Source: a virus. Taken from it: DNA of 36,702 nt. Below the pieces are notes generated by a model that saw nothing but the letters and a program-made list of their open reading frames with translations, was not told where the DNA came from and ran no database searches. The position numbers and the translations under genes were made by a program. Location of the stretch: positions 1 to 36,702 of the IMG/VR virus record IMGVR_UViG_3300045988_049113; one strand, 5' to 3'. Below are positions 25,589 through 33,183 of this stretch, in pieces. Positions within the stretch are counted from its first letter, which is position 1. Each line of letters opens with the position of its first letter.

Positions 25589-26922
25589 TAGATAAAACCT
25601 CTCTTTCTTGCTTCGTAAAACGCCCAGCCCCTCTGATACCCTTTCTTCTTTGCGTATGCAAGCAGATCGGAATAGGACGAACAATCATCGGGACTGCTGA
25701 AATCCAGCCTGAAGCCCTCGATATGAATAAGCTCGGTGCTTTCGCTTGTTTCTATCTCACGGCTCTTTACCGGGAAAACATATCCGCAGTGAGGGCAGAT
25801 ACAGGGCTGACCGGGCGACGGCGCTCCGAATGTATAGTAACATTCGGGACACTGTTTCACCTTTTCGGCATTCTCCGCAGCTTCTTTCTTTATGTTGCGC
25901 TTGCGCTTTTCAAGCGACCACAGGCGGTCATCATCGGGCATTCCGAAGCGTGCGTAATTGCCGACATGATCAAGAATTATCGCACGCTTGCCCGGTCGAT
26001 AGCGCATACATCTCATTGACTGCTGAATGTACAGCGTAAGAGATTGAGTGGGACGGAGCAATATCGCACATTCGCAGTCGGGAACGTCAAAGCCCTCCGA
26101 TATTAAATTGACATTGCAAAGTATCGTTATCCGTCCTGCTCTGAAATCCGAAATAATACGATTACGCTCTGCATCGGGAGTTGTACCGTCAATGTGTACG
26201 GCGTTTATGCCTGCTTCTCGGAACGCTTCGGCGGTAGCAAGCGAGTGCTTAACGCTTGAGCAGTAGCAGACGGCTTTCTTACCGTCTGCAAGCTGTCTGT
26301 AGTATCCGATAACATCACCGAATACAGCCTTTTTGATCATCGCCTTTTCAACGTCCGCCGTAACAAACTCGCCCATTTTGATATGAAGCCCTGATAAGTC
26401 GGCTACGGACGGTGCATAGTAGTCATACGGTGCAAGACAGTTGTGATCAATAAGCCATTTGGTAGACGGCCCGATTATCAGCTTGTCGTTGACATCACCC
26501 AGACCATCGCCATTCAGGCGGACAGGCGTTGCCGTTACCCCCACACGAAGCACATCGGGGAAAGCATCATAGATTTTCTTGTACGACAGCGCAAGGCTGT
26601 GGTGATTTTCGTCTGTAATGATAAGCGCAGGCTTTGACAGTTTTTTTATCCGTCGTGCTGCGGTCTGCACCATCATCACGTCACAGTAGTTCATATCAAC
26701 GCCCCAGCGTATGAACGTCCTTATTATCTGCTGAACAAGCTCCTGCCTGTGTACAAGAAACATTACCTTTTTCCCGTTGAATGTAGTCCGCCGTGCTATC
26801 TCTGCTACTATCACCGACTTACCGCCGCCGCACCCGAGAACAATGCAGGGAGCGTGATAACCCTCACGCCACGCCTGCCTTGTCTGCTCGACAAGCTCAC
26901 TCTGATACGGTCTTAGCGGCAT
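25585..26922 (-). CDS. SF2 DEAD/DEAH-box helicase with C-terminal zinc ribbon
   Basis: Walker A is GCGGGKS and the DExH motif is IITDENHH. A helicase C-domain is present, with CPECYYTF...CPHCGY near the C-terminus. The ATG at 26922 (MPLRPYQ, AAGGAGG upstream) is preferred over the GTG at 26949. Confidence 0.85.
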   Translation of the reverse strand: MPLRPYQSELVEQTRQAWREGYHAPCIVLGCGGGKSVIVAEIARRTTFNGKKVMFLVHRQELVQQIIRTFIRWGVDMNYCDVMMVQTAARRIKKLSKPALIITDENHHSLALSYKKIYDAFPDVLRVGVTATPVRLNGDGLGDVNDKLIIGPSTKWLIDHNCLAPYDYYAPSVADLSGLHIKMGEFVTADVEKAMIKKAVFGDVIGYYRQLADGKKAVCYCSSVKHSLATAEAFREAGINAVHIDGTTPDAERNRIISDFRAGRITILCNVNLISEGFDVPDCECAILLRPTQSLTLYIQQSMRCMRYRPGKRAIILDHVGNYARFGMPDDDRLWSLEKRKRNIKKEAAENAEKVKQCPECYYTFGAPSPGQPCICPHCGYVFPVKSREIETSESTELIHIEGFRLDFSSPDDCSSYSDLLAYAKKKGYQRGWAFYEARKRGFIY

Positions 26923-27778
26923 TCTGCTTTTCGACCTCCTTCTTAGCACACGCTATGCACAGCTTTCTGCCGAATTTTGCAACCGAACTTTCAACCATTT
27001 CCGCTACCGTATGCTTAGGTGTCGGCATAATGACAGCGCCGCATTCTTCACATCTGTCGGGCTCTGCACCCTCGCTTAGCCATGCGCCGAGCTGAGCACC
27101 TAAATCTTCGGTGATAACACCCGACCACTTATCGAGGAATGTTGTGTCTTTTGAAAGACTTGCGATATGCTCCCTGTTTATCTGAAATGCTATGTCAAAT
27201 TCATACTCGGTGTTATCACGCTGCACCGGCGCAAGTCCTATCTTGACGGGAACGGTCTTGCCTCTGTCGTTGATTTCCATAGCATAGCCCATCTTGGTAC
27301 GCAGTGTAATGATTGTGTGGCAGTTGACCGACAGTATGGTATTGACAAGATTGTTCTGTATCTTTCCTGCCTCGTCCCATGCGGTATAATCGTTCTTTCC
27401 CTGACGCTGTGCTATCTGTGATTTGATGTCAAGCACTCCGCCCTCGTTATCCCATGCGTGTGAAAAGCTGTCCACTATTATTACGCCGTCCTCCCCGACC
27501 GCCTCAGCCGCCTGTCTGACGTACTCTATGTACTTTTCGGGCGAATACGGCGGTGTAAGCGGGGCATAGAGAAATTCTCCCGTGCCGAGATCGTGACGAT
27601 CGGCATAGAATCTGCCACGCTCGTGTTCTGTATCTATAAGGGCAACCTTGCCCCAGTTGCCCGTTATGCCCTTTGCGAGATAGAGCGACGAAAGCGTTTT
27701 ACCGCTTCCCGACGGTCCCATGACCGCAATTCTCGCCTTTGATTTCTTTCTTGTTACGGGTGTAAATATATTGCTCAT
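26897..27778 (-). CDS. AAA_24 / Sak4-like RecA-fold ATPase with C-terminal zinc ribbon
   Basis: Walker A is VMGPSGSGKT and Walker B-like is IIVDSFSH. A CEECGAV...CIAC ribbon lies at the C-terminus. Confidence 0.7.
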   Translation of the reverse strand: MSNIFTPVTRKKSKARIAVMGPSGSGKTLSSLYLAKGITGNWGKVALIDTEHERGRFYADRHDLGTGEFLYAPLTPPYSPEKYIEYVRQAAEAVGEDGVIIVDSFSHAWDNEGGVLDIKSQIAQRQGKNDYTAWDEAGKIQNNLVNTILSVNCHTIITLRTKMGYAMEINDRGKTVPVKIGLAPVQRDNTEYEFDIAFQINREHIASLSKDTTFLDKWSGVITEDLGAQLGAWLSEGAEPDRCEECGAVIMPTPKHTVAEMVESSVAKFGRKLCIACAKKEVEKQNAAKTVSE

Positions 27779-27785
27779 AGCTACC

Positions 27786-28382
27786 TCACTTTATCGTTAT
27801 ATACGGCTTTTTCTCAAGATGTACGGCAGGGAGCTTTTCTCCGCTGTCGAGCAGCTTCTTGACCTCTGACTTGCATATGGTCGGTTTGCTGTACTTTATC
27901 AGCAATTCGTTGAATGTTTCGGCATAGTCAATAAACTGCCGCTCATCGTCAATAACCACACTGTCACGTCCCTCTGAGAACGTTATTTTTGCTCTCGGCA
28001 TATCGACCTTTTTCAGCCTCATTGCCTGCATATCCTGTAACAGACGCTTTTTCAGAAACTCTGCCTTTTTGCGCTTTGTCTTTGCTCTTGCCGTCTGTTC
28101 CTTAGCTTCAAGCTCGTGGTTGTCTGCCTCACGCTCAAGGGATTTTATGAAGCAGGCGATGTTTTCGGCCTTTTCACTGAACTCACCCTCGATGCCTTCG
28201 AGAGTGTCAAACCACATCGTCAGCATATCGGCCTTGTATGCTTCAAGGTCAGCAATGACCTTGCCGTCATCGTCTATATACTCACCGTCAGCATTGGTGT
28301 CAGGTTCGTAGTCATTTATAGCGTCAAACGCATCGAAAAGTTCGGCAAACCTGCCGGTTATATCATATAATGTACTGCTCAT
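27786..28382 (-). CDS. Siphovirus Gp157-like protein
   Basis: 198 aa, acidic and coiled-coil. The N-terminal pattern (LYDITGRFAELFDAFD...) and the position next to AAA_24 are typical of this family. Confidence 0.55.
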   Translation of the reverse strand: MSSTLYDITGRFAELFDAFDAINDYEPDTNADGEYIDDDGKVIADLEAYKADMLTMWFDTLEGIEGEFSEKAENIACFIKSLEREADNHELEAKEQTARAKTKRKKAEFLKKRLLQDMQAMRLKKVDMPRAKITFSEGRDSVVIDDERQFIDYAETFNELLIKYSKPTICKSEVKKLLDSGEKLPAVHLEKKPYITIK

Positions 28383-29374
28383 ACGATTTCCTCCGTCATT
28401 TTCTCGAAAAACTGCTTTGCCTTTGTCACGAATAATTCGTGATTACTGTCTTCGGAATTATTGTCGATGAAATCGCAGAGCCGTTTTGCCGCATCAATAG
28501 CTGTTGCAAGGTACGCTTTAAATGTTTCCTTGCTGTCGGGTACGCTCACCGTAAGCTCTGACTGCTCACGCTTAGCGGCTTCAAGTTGACTGCGGAGATC
28601 TTCAAGTTTCTTTTCGCTTTCGGCCTTCAGGTTATTCATTTGCTCAGTATGCTCACGGTTTAAGCGGATAGTGTCCTGTAATGCGTCCTCCTGCACCTTG
28701 TCAAGCTGCTGCTCATAAGTCTTGCAGATATTATCAAACGCTGTCTTGTCCATAACGCCGTCCTTAGCCGGCTCGACAGCAACTTCAACAGGACGGTTTT
28801 CAAGCTCCTTTATCTCGGCTTCGAGCGCCGCTATCTGCTGTGACAGTGCGTTCTTGGCTTTTTCAAGTGATTTTGCCTGCTGAGCGGCGGCGGATGCTTC
28901 GGCTTCGGCGGCCGACTTATCGGCTACCGCCTTATCCTTTTCCGCTCTTATCTGCCTTATCTGCTGTTCAAGCTCACGGACGGAGGTGTTTTCAAGGTCG
29001 GTGTTCTCGGTTATTTCTGTACGTTCTTCTTCAGAAAGGGAAGATAAAAGATAGAGTTTTTTCACTCCGATTTGTGTCCCCGGGGACACAAAATCAGACG
29101 GCAATTTCTCTATTACTTCTATATAACGATAAACCTGTCTGCGTTTGATTCCTGTTTCCTGTTCGCAGTAATCCTCAAAAGTGTTATACCCCAGCTCTTT
29201 ATAGAGCTTGCTGTCCCTCATCTCTTTAAAGCCCTTGCACATCTCGTACAAGCTCTGTTGTGCTACCTGTGCCGCCGCTTTAATATGGTAGTTAAGATTT
29301 ACTGCCTTGACATAATCGTCTGTTACCGCCTTTTCTGTATCCGCAGGCGGTGTGCGAAGTCCGGGAATTATCAT
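28379..29374 (-). CDS. ParB/KorB-like HTH DNA-binding protein with long coiled-coil tail
   Basis: GYNTFEDYCEQETGIKRRQVYRYIEV resembles the ParB-type HTH. The C-terminal 200 aa are coiled coil. The gene contains the 22-bp palindrome at 29071-29092. Confidence 0.4.
   Translation of the reverse strand: MIIPGLRTPPADTEKAVTDDYVKAVNLNYHIKAAAQVAQQSLYEMCKGFKEMRDSKLYKELGYNTFEDYCEQETGIKRRQVYRYIEVIEKLPSDFVSPGTQIGVKKLYLLSSLSEEERTEITENTDLENTSVRELEQQIRQIRAEKDKAVADKSAAEAEASAAAQQAKSLEKAKNALSQQIAALEAEIKELENRPVEVAVEPAKDGVMDKTAFDNICKTYEQQLDKVQEDALQDTIRLNREHTEQMNNLKAESEKKLEDLRSQLEAAKREQSELTVSVPDSKETFKAYLATAIDAAKRLCDFIDNNSEDSNHELFVTKAKQFFEKMTEEIV
29071..29093. repeat. Perfect palindrome TTTGTGTCCCCGGGGACACAAA(A) inside the ParB-like CDS
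   Basis: The 23-mer is identical to 34323-34345 in the non-coding island. It encodes FVSPGTQ just after the HTH. Confidence 0.9.
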
Positions 29375-30897
29375 GCTGTTTTCCTCCTTGATTTTGTTTT
29401 TGATTTTTTCGCCGCAATACCGTCAAGGTACTGCTGATATTTCTTCTCTACATTGATTATTTCCTGTGGCTTTTCCTGCCCGCCGTTTGTAACCCAGTTG
29501 TTTTTATAACCTCTGCACTGGACTATTTTATAGTCGTTTGATACCTCCATCGTGTAGTACGGCTCGTCCGGTGCAGATTTTCGGCGGAGAAACATAATTG
29601 TCAGCTTGCCGGTTGCGTGTCTTTCGGCGTAGCCGCCGACACAATGGCTTAGCTTCTGACCTTCGACGACTATTTCGTCCGTGCTGTCAGGCTGACGGAT
29701 AAAGTATTCATCGGTTGCAAACTCAAGCATTTTCCGCTTCAACTTCAGAGCGTTCAGCTGCTTGGCCAGTTTAGCGTTTTTCTTTGCTTTTTCTTCAAGC
29801 TCCCGTGCCTGTCGCATAGCTTCTGCACGGTCGTGAGCCGCTTTCAGATTTTTCGGAAAGCATATCTGTCTGTCGCTGAAATCGGCTTCGAAGCTCTGCA
29901 TTATACGGACATAATCCGAATAATCGTCGATATTTACATTCTGCTTTAAAATGTACTTCGCAATTTCGTATTTGTCGGTCTTGAGTTTTTTCTTGAGGCT
30001 GTCGAGTGTGCCAAATGAATATCCTATATGTTTATTTATTTCTATAAGACGGTCAAGGCTGGTAATCTTAGAAAATTCTTCTTTTATTCTAAGATAGTCT
30101 CTGTACCCGATTTGCCCTTTGCGAATCGCCCGCATAACATCTTTTGTTACGCCGAGCATTTTGTGCGGTTCGGTTTCAGCCCAGTTGATCATGTCTTCAT
30201 TGTACTTAACACTGCTATATAAGCCACACTTAATGAGTGCCTCAACATTTTTGTGTGCCTGCCAGAATTTCAGATATGATATGCTTCCGAAGTTCTCGCT
30301 TATTGCCGAATGAGCACAAGCTGTTCCTTTTAATGCAGGAAAATTAACGAAGCTGTAACTGCTATAATTGGGAAATACAGGCTCGCTAAATTCCGCTCGT
30401 AGCCCCCAGCCTGTCACTACCTTTGCGTAGTAACCGTTTTTACTCTTCCATGCGTATTTAGGACCATAACGGAACGCCTGATTTGCTGTGAACAAATATC
30501 GCTGAACCTCATTGATTGCGATATGTGGCATAATCTCGTGAGCGTAAAAAAACAGCGTAACCGTATAAAACCGTATGTACAGATTATCGGTTTTGCCGTC
30601 TGATAAAAACACTCCGACATTTGATTTACATTCCACTACCGAACCGTGAAAATTGTGATAATTGTATATCGCAGTGACAGTTTCGCCGCAGTGCGAGCAT
30701 ACGGTAGTCTGTCTGTGTTTGATCGAGCTGTCATACTCACCGGGATACAGCTTTTCTTCGCATGCCGTGCAATATGCTGTGCCGCCATTATCTATAATAA
30801 GATACTTCATCGGCAACGTCTTTCTAATTTCACGTTCAAGCTCCGCTGTAAGCGGCGGAAAATTGTCTGTATAGCTTTCGGCTTCTTTTCTTGTCAT
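29371..30897 (-). CDS. PcfJ-like protein
   Basis: 508 aa with N-terminal Cys4 (CTACEEK...CSHCGE). The C-terminal VEGQKLSHCVGGYAERHATGKLTIMFLRR...QCRGYKNN matches my recollection of the PcfJ-like domain. Confidence 0.5.
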   Translation of the reverse strand: MTRKEAESYTDNFPPLTAELEREIRKTLPMKYLIIDNGGTAYCTACEEKLYPGEYDSSIKHRQTTVCSHCGETVTAIYNYHNFHGSVVECKSNVGVFLSDGKTDNLYIRFYTVTLFFYAHEIMPHIAINEVQRYLFTANQAFRYGPKYAWKSKNGYYAKVVTGWGLRAEFSEPVFPNYSSYSFVNFPALKGTACAHSAISENFGSISYLKFWQAHKNVEALIKCGLYSSVKYNEDMINWAETEPHKMLGVTKDVMRAIRKGQIGYRDYLRIKEEFSKITSLDRLIEINKHIGYSFGTLDSLKKKLKTDKYEIAKYILKQNVNIDDYSDYVRIMQSFEADFSDRQICFPKNLKAAHDRAEAMRQARELEEKAKKNAKLAKQLNALKLKRKMLEFATDEYFIRQPDSTDEIVVEGQKLSHCVGGYAERHATGKLTIMFLRRKSAPDEPYYTMEVSNDYKIVQCRGYKNNWVTNGGQEKPQEIINVEKKYQQYLDGIAAKKSKTKSRRKTA

Positions 30898-30908
30898 ACT
30901 GCCGCACC

Positions 30909-31280
30909 TCAGAAGTCAAGCAGGCTGTCAAGGTCAAGCTGTAGCTTGCCGCTGTCTGCTGCTGTGGAAGTTTTGCTGTTGCTGAATCCGCCGTCACCGA
31001 GATCAAGCGTCATAGTGCATTTTATATCCGCACCGGGAAAGTAAAACGCTACAGCACGCTTGTAACAATCGAGATCGGATATGTGTTCCTTAGCTCCTGC
31101 AACGCTTGCCTTTAGGCAGTCGGCAAAAGACTTGTCCGACTGCTCTATAGCCTGTGCAAATTCGCTGTTCTGCTTTGCAAAAATGCAGATTTCGTCAAGC
31201 ACATAGGACTTAACAACGTTTTCATATTTGCCGAGCTTTACGTTTTTCAGCTCGGCTGTAAGTTTTTCTTTTATATCCAT
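30909..31280 (-). CDS. PcfK-like protein (tentative)
   Basis: 123 aa. The pattern (FAKQNSEFA...CLKASV...SDLDCYKRAVAFYF) and adjacency to the PcfJ-like gene suggest this family. Recognition is weak. Confidence 0.35.
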   Translation of the reverse strand: MDIKEKLTAELKNVKLGKYENVVKSYVLDEICIFAKQNSEFAQAIEQSDKSFADCLKASVAGAKEHISDLDCYKRAVAFYFPGADIKCTMTLDLGDGGFSNSKTSTAADSGKLQLDLDSLLDF

Positions 31281-31308
31281 TGACTTTTTCTCCTGCCAGT
31301 GTTATACT
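31280..31308 (+). promoter_or_regulatory. Antisense near-consensus promoter
   Basis: TTGACT (31280-31285), a 17-nt spacer, then TGtTATACT (TATACT at 31303-31308), on the strand opposite to all surrounding genes. Confidence 0.45.
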
Positions 31309-31331
31309 GGTCTTGCGTAAATATTTGTTTT

Positions 31332-31357
31332 GCTCCCTTACGGGAGCTCTTTTTTTT
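31332..31357 (+). terminator. Plus-strand rho-independent terminator
   Basis: GCTCCC-TTAC-GGGAGC is followed by TCTTTTTTTT on the plus strand only. On the minus strand the U tract is absent. Confidence 0.55.
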
Positions 31358-31511
31358 ACTCTTCTTCGATGTTCTCAACATCATATCCGCACTCCGGACA
31401 ACACGGTAATGTTTCCCACGCAGGTGCGCCGTGACACTCGCCACGATACTCGGTGTAATGTCCGAGTTCCGAGGACGAGCCTGTCCAGTCGCAACGCTCA
31501 CATTTATACAT
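31356..31511 (-). CDS. Small zinc-ribbon protein (51 aa), not in the ORF track
   Basis: The translation is MYKCERCDWTGSSSELGHYTEYRGECHGAPAWETLPCCPECGYDVENIEEE, with CxxC...CxxC. Its ATG overlaps the upstream ORF end by 8 nt. Confidence 0.6.
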   Translation of the reverse strand: MYKCERCDWTGSSSELGHYTEYRGECHGAPAWETLPCCPECGYDVENIEEE

Positions 31512-31635
31512 CGTCTTCGTCCTCCTCGCCTTCGCAGTCTGTTACATTGATATTGTTCACAATGCCGGCAAGTGCTTGAACAATTGCCATTACTTCTTCG
31601 TAAGTAGCAACCGTTGTGCTAACTTTAAACTTCAT
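31504..31635 (-). CDS. Small acidic protein (43 aa), not in the ORF track
   Basis: ATGA coupling to the upstream ORF. The translation is MKFKVSTTVATYEEVMAIVQALAGIVNNINVTDCEGEEDEDDV. Confidence 0.45.
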   Translation of the reverse strand: MKFKVSTTVATYEEVMAIVQALAGIVNNINVTDCEGEEDEDDV

Positions 31636-31793
31636 TTCTTCTTCCCCCTCTTTCTTTGTATCTCTGCCACCTGCCTTGCCCGGCGGTAGTTTTGCTGTTG
31701 CTCAATTGTGGCTCTCGCCTTCCAGGCGACATACTCGCCATACGTCATGCCGTGATCGGTGGCTTCTTTTGCGATTTGCTCAAGATCTGTCAT
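31632..31793 (-). CDS. Small basic protein (53 aa), not in the ORF track
   Basis: GGGGGTGG lies upstream of the ATG at 31793. The translation is MTDLEQIAKEATDHGMTYGEYVAWKARATIEQQQNYRRARQVAEIQRKRGKKK. Confidence 0.5.
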   Translation of the reverse strand: MTDLEQIAKEATDHGMTYGEYVAWKARATIEQQQNYRRARQVAEIQRKRGKKK

Positions 31794-32028
31794 TGCGTCC
31801 ACCCCCGATCATATCCCTATACCATACCTTCATCAGCCATCCCAGCCCGTACCAGACCGCAACAGCGACTATTGCAACGGGGAGCATTTCGCCGCCGATA
31901 GCCTTGTATCCTCTCTGGGCATACGCCAGCACCGACATCTGTATGTACATCATTACTGCCGCAGAGGCTGTTATCCAGGCTCTGAGGAGCAGGGACAGTA
32001 TACAGGCAATTATCTTAGATATTTTCAT
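31780..32028 (-). CDS. Small membrane protein
   Basis: 82 aa with three hydrophobic segments and a strong AAGGAGG upstream of the ATG. Confidence 0.6.
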   Translation of the reverse strand: MKISKIIACILSLLLRAWITASAAVMMYIQMSVLAYAQRGYKAIGGEMLPVAIVAVAVWYGLGWLMKVWYRDMIGGGRNDRS

Positions 32029-32041
32029 TTTTACCTCCTTA

Positions 32042-32281
32042 TTAAAGTAACCTTCCTTCGTACCACGCTATAAATCGCAATGGATGAATCTCATACTTGT
32101 ATTTACCGCCTGCACAATGCCGTGCAATACCAAAATGATAATCACCCGAGCGAAGCATATCATCAACCGTCTGTGTTGATACGTCAAGCAAATCGGCTAC
32201 TATCTCCTTTGGCACTTTCTTATGCCGGAGAATAGCAGGCTTGTACTTTTCTTCCCACTCTCTTTCAATGTTGGCTTCCAT
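32042..32281 (-). CDS. Small HTH DNA-binding protein (early regulator or Xis-like)
   Basis: The ATG at 32281 is preceded by AGGAGGTGAGAGC. PKEIVADLLDVSTQTVDDMLRSG looks like an HTH. The longer track ORF (start 32359) is unlikely. Confidence 0.5.
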   Translation of the reverse strand: MEANIEREWEEKYKPAILRHKKVPKEIVADLLDVSTQTVDDMLRSGDYHFGIARHCAGGKYKYEIHPLRFIAWYEGRLL

Positions 32282-32299
32282 GCTCTCACCTCCTGTTTG

Positions 32300-32328
32300 T
32301 TGCAAAACCTTTCCGCTTGTGATACAAT
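32300..32328 (+). promoter_or_regulatory. Promoter for the plus-strand 101-aa gene
   Basis: TTGCAA (32300-32305), a 17-nt spacer, then TGaTACAAT (TACAAT at 32323-32328). Confidence 0.6.
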
Positions 32329-32358
32329 GAAAACAAAAATAGAAAGGTGCGATAATCA

Positions 32359-32664
32359 TTGTACATCTCCCGTGATGAATATAAGCTCTTGAAACAATTT
32401 TACAAAAGCGACGGTTTTGCCATTAAAAATGACATATCCGACATTCTTTTGGAAAAAGGTTTTCTACAGCATAAGCAAATCAAAATTATGCGTGACGGTA
32501 GTCGCCAGTGTTCAGCTGAGCTTGTTATTACCAACAGCGGCACAATTGCTTGTGAAGACTATGCAGATTTCAAGACTTCAAATTTTCGCTCTTGGGCAGC
32601 TATTTTCATTTCAATTTTATCGTTGCTCATATCTTTGGTTTCTTTATACGGTTCTGTATTTTAA
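32359..32664 (+). CDS. C-terminally membrane-anchored protein, opposite in orientation to the early operon (lysogeny-expressed moron candidate)
   Basis: The TTG start is 9 nt after AAAGGTG. The 101-aa product has a C-terminal TM helix (WAAIFISILSLLISLVSLYGSVF) and its own promoter. Confidence 0.55.
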   Translation: MYISRDEYKLLKQFYKSDGFAIKNDISDILLEKGFLQHKQIKIMRDGSRQCSAELVITNSGTIACEDYADFKTSNFRSWAAIFISILSLLISLVSLYGSVF

Positions 32665-32790
32665 TTTTACATACAGAACAAGTACGGCAACGACAAGAGA
32701 CACAATAGAAACTGCCAATGATACTTTACTTGTAAAATCGGGGTCAAGCATTTTGTCCTCGATTTTTTCTTTTATATGCCTCAGATTCAT
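32644..32790 (-). CDS. Small tail-anchored membrane protein (48 aa)
   Basis: The ATG at 32790 is preceded by GGAGGAGGTGAGGAC. The product is MNLRHIKEKIEDKMLDPDFTSKVSLAVSIVSLVVAVLVLYVKLKYRTV. Its 3' end overlaps the convergent plus-strand gene by 21 nt. Confidence 0.55.
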   Translation of the reverse strand: MNLRHIKEKIEDKMLDPDFTSKVSLAVSIVSLVVAVLVLYVKLKYRTV

Positions 32791-32833
32791 GTCCTCACCT
32801 CCTCCGGTTGTTGCTATAGTTTCTTTTAGGAGC

Positions 32834-33025
32834 TCATATTTCACTGAGTAAGGAATCAACTGAACAGTCTAATATTACAGCTAATTTCTTCAGCTTTATG
32901 ATATCGGGTTTTCTTGCTCCTGTTTCCCACATTCCAATAGTAGACTTACTGACATTCAGTAAATTAGCCAAATTTTCTTGAGTAAGCCCCTTTTTTAACC
33001 TGTATTTTTTTATCGTAGTTGACAT
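32834..33025 (-). CDS. Cro-like XRE-family HTH repressor
   Basis: 63 aa with LKKGLTQENLANLLNVSKSTIGMWETGARKP. It is the first gene of the leftward early operon and is divergent from the CI-like gene. Confidence 0.85.
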   Translation of the reverse strand: MSTTIKKYRLKKGLTQENLANLLNVSKSTIGMWETGARKPDIIKLKKLAVILDCSVDSLLSEI

Positions 33026-33058
33026 TGTTTCACCTCCTTCTGTCTTCCTTCTGTGGAT

Positions 33059-33086
33059 ATTATATCACATATTGCAGACTTGTCAA
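33059..33086 (-). promoter_or_regulatory. Early lytic promoter (PR-like)
   Basis: On the minus strand: TTGACA (33086-33081), a 16-nt spacer, then TATAAT (33064-33059), with GGAGGTG and the ATG downstream. Confidence 0.75.
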
Positions 33087-33134
33087 CAGTTTTATGCACA
33101 ATTCGTGGACTTGCACAAAACACAAAGTTTTTTA

Positions 33135-33163
33135 TTGACATTTTTCACAAAACGTGATACTAT
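33135..33163 (+). promoter_or_regulatory. Repressor maintenance promoter (PRM-like) with overlapping operator
   Basis: TTGACA (33135-33140), a 17-nt spacer, then TGaTACTAT (TACTAT at 33158-33163). The candidate operator TCACAAAACGTGA (33144-33156) lies in the spacer. Related CAC-N5-GTG sites are at 33096-33108 and 33113-33125. Confidence 0.7.
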
Positions 33164-33183
33164 GTTCACAAGGAGTGATTTTT

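Noticed and set aside
31271-31501. 76-aa basic ORF from the track
   Set aside because: It has no RBS and a low-complexity Arg/Ser/Lys composition. It runs through the terminator hairpin. The alternative frame gives a compact CxxC...CxxC zinc-ribbon protein that is translationally coupled to its neighbours.
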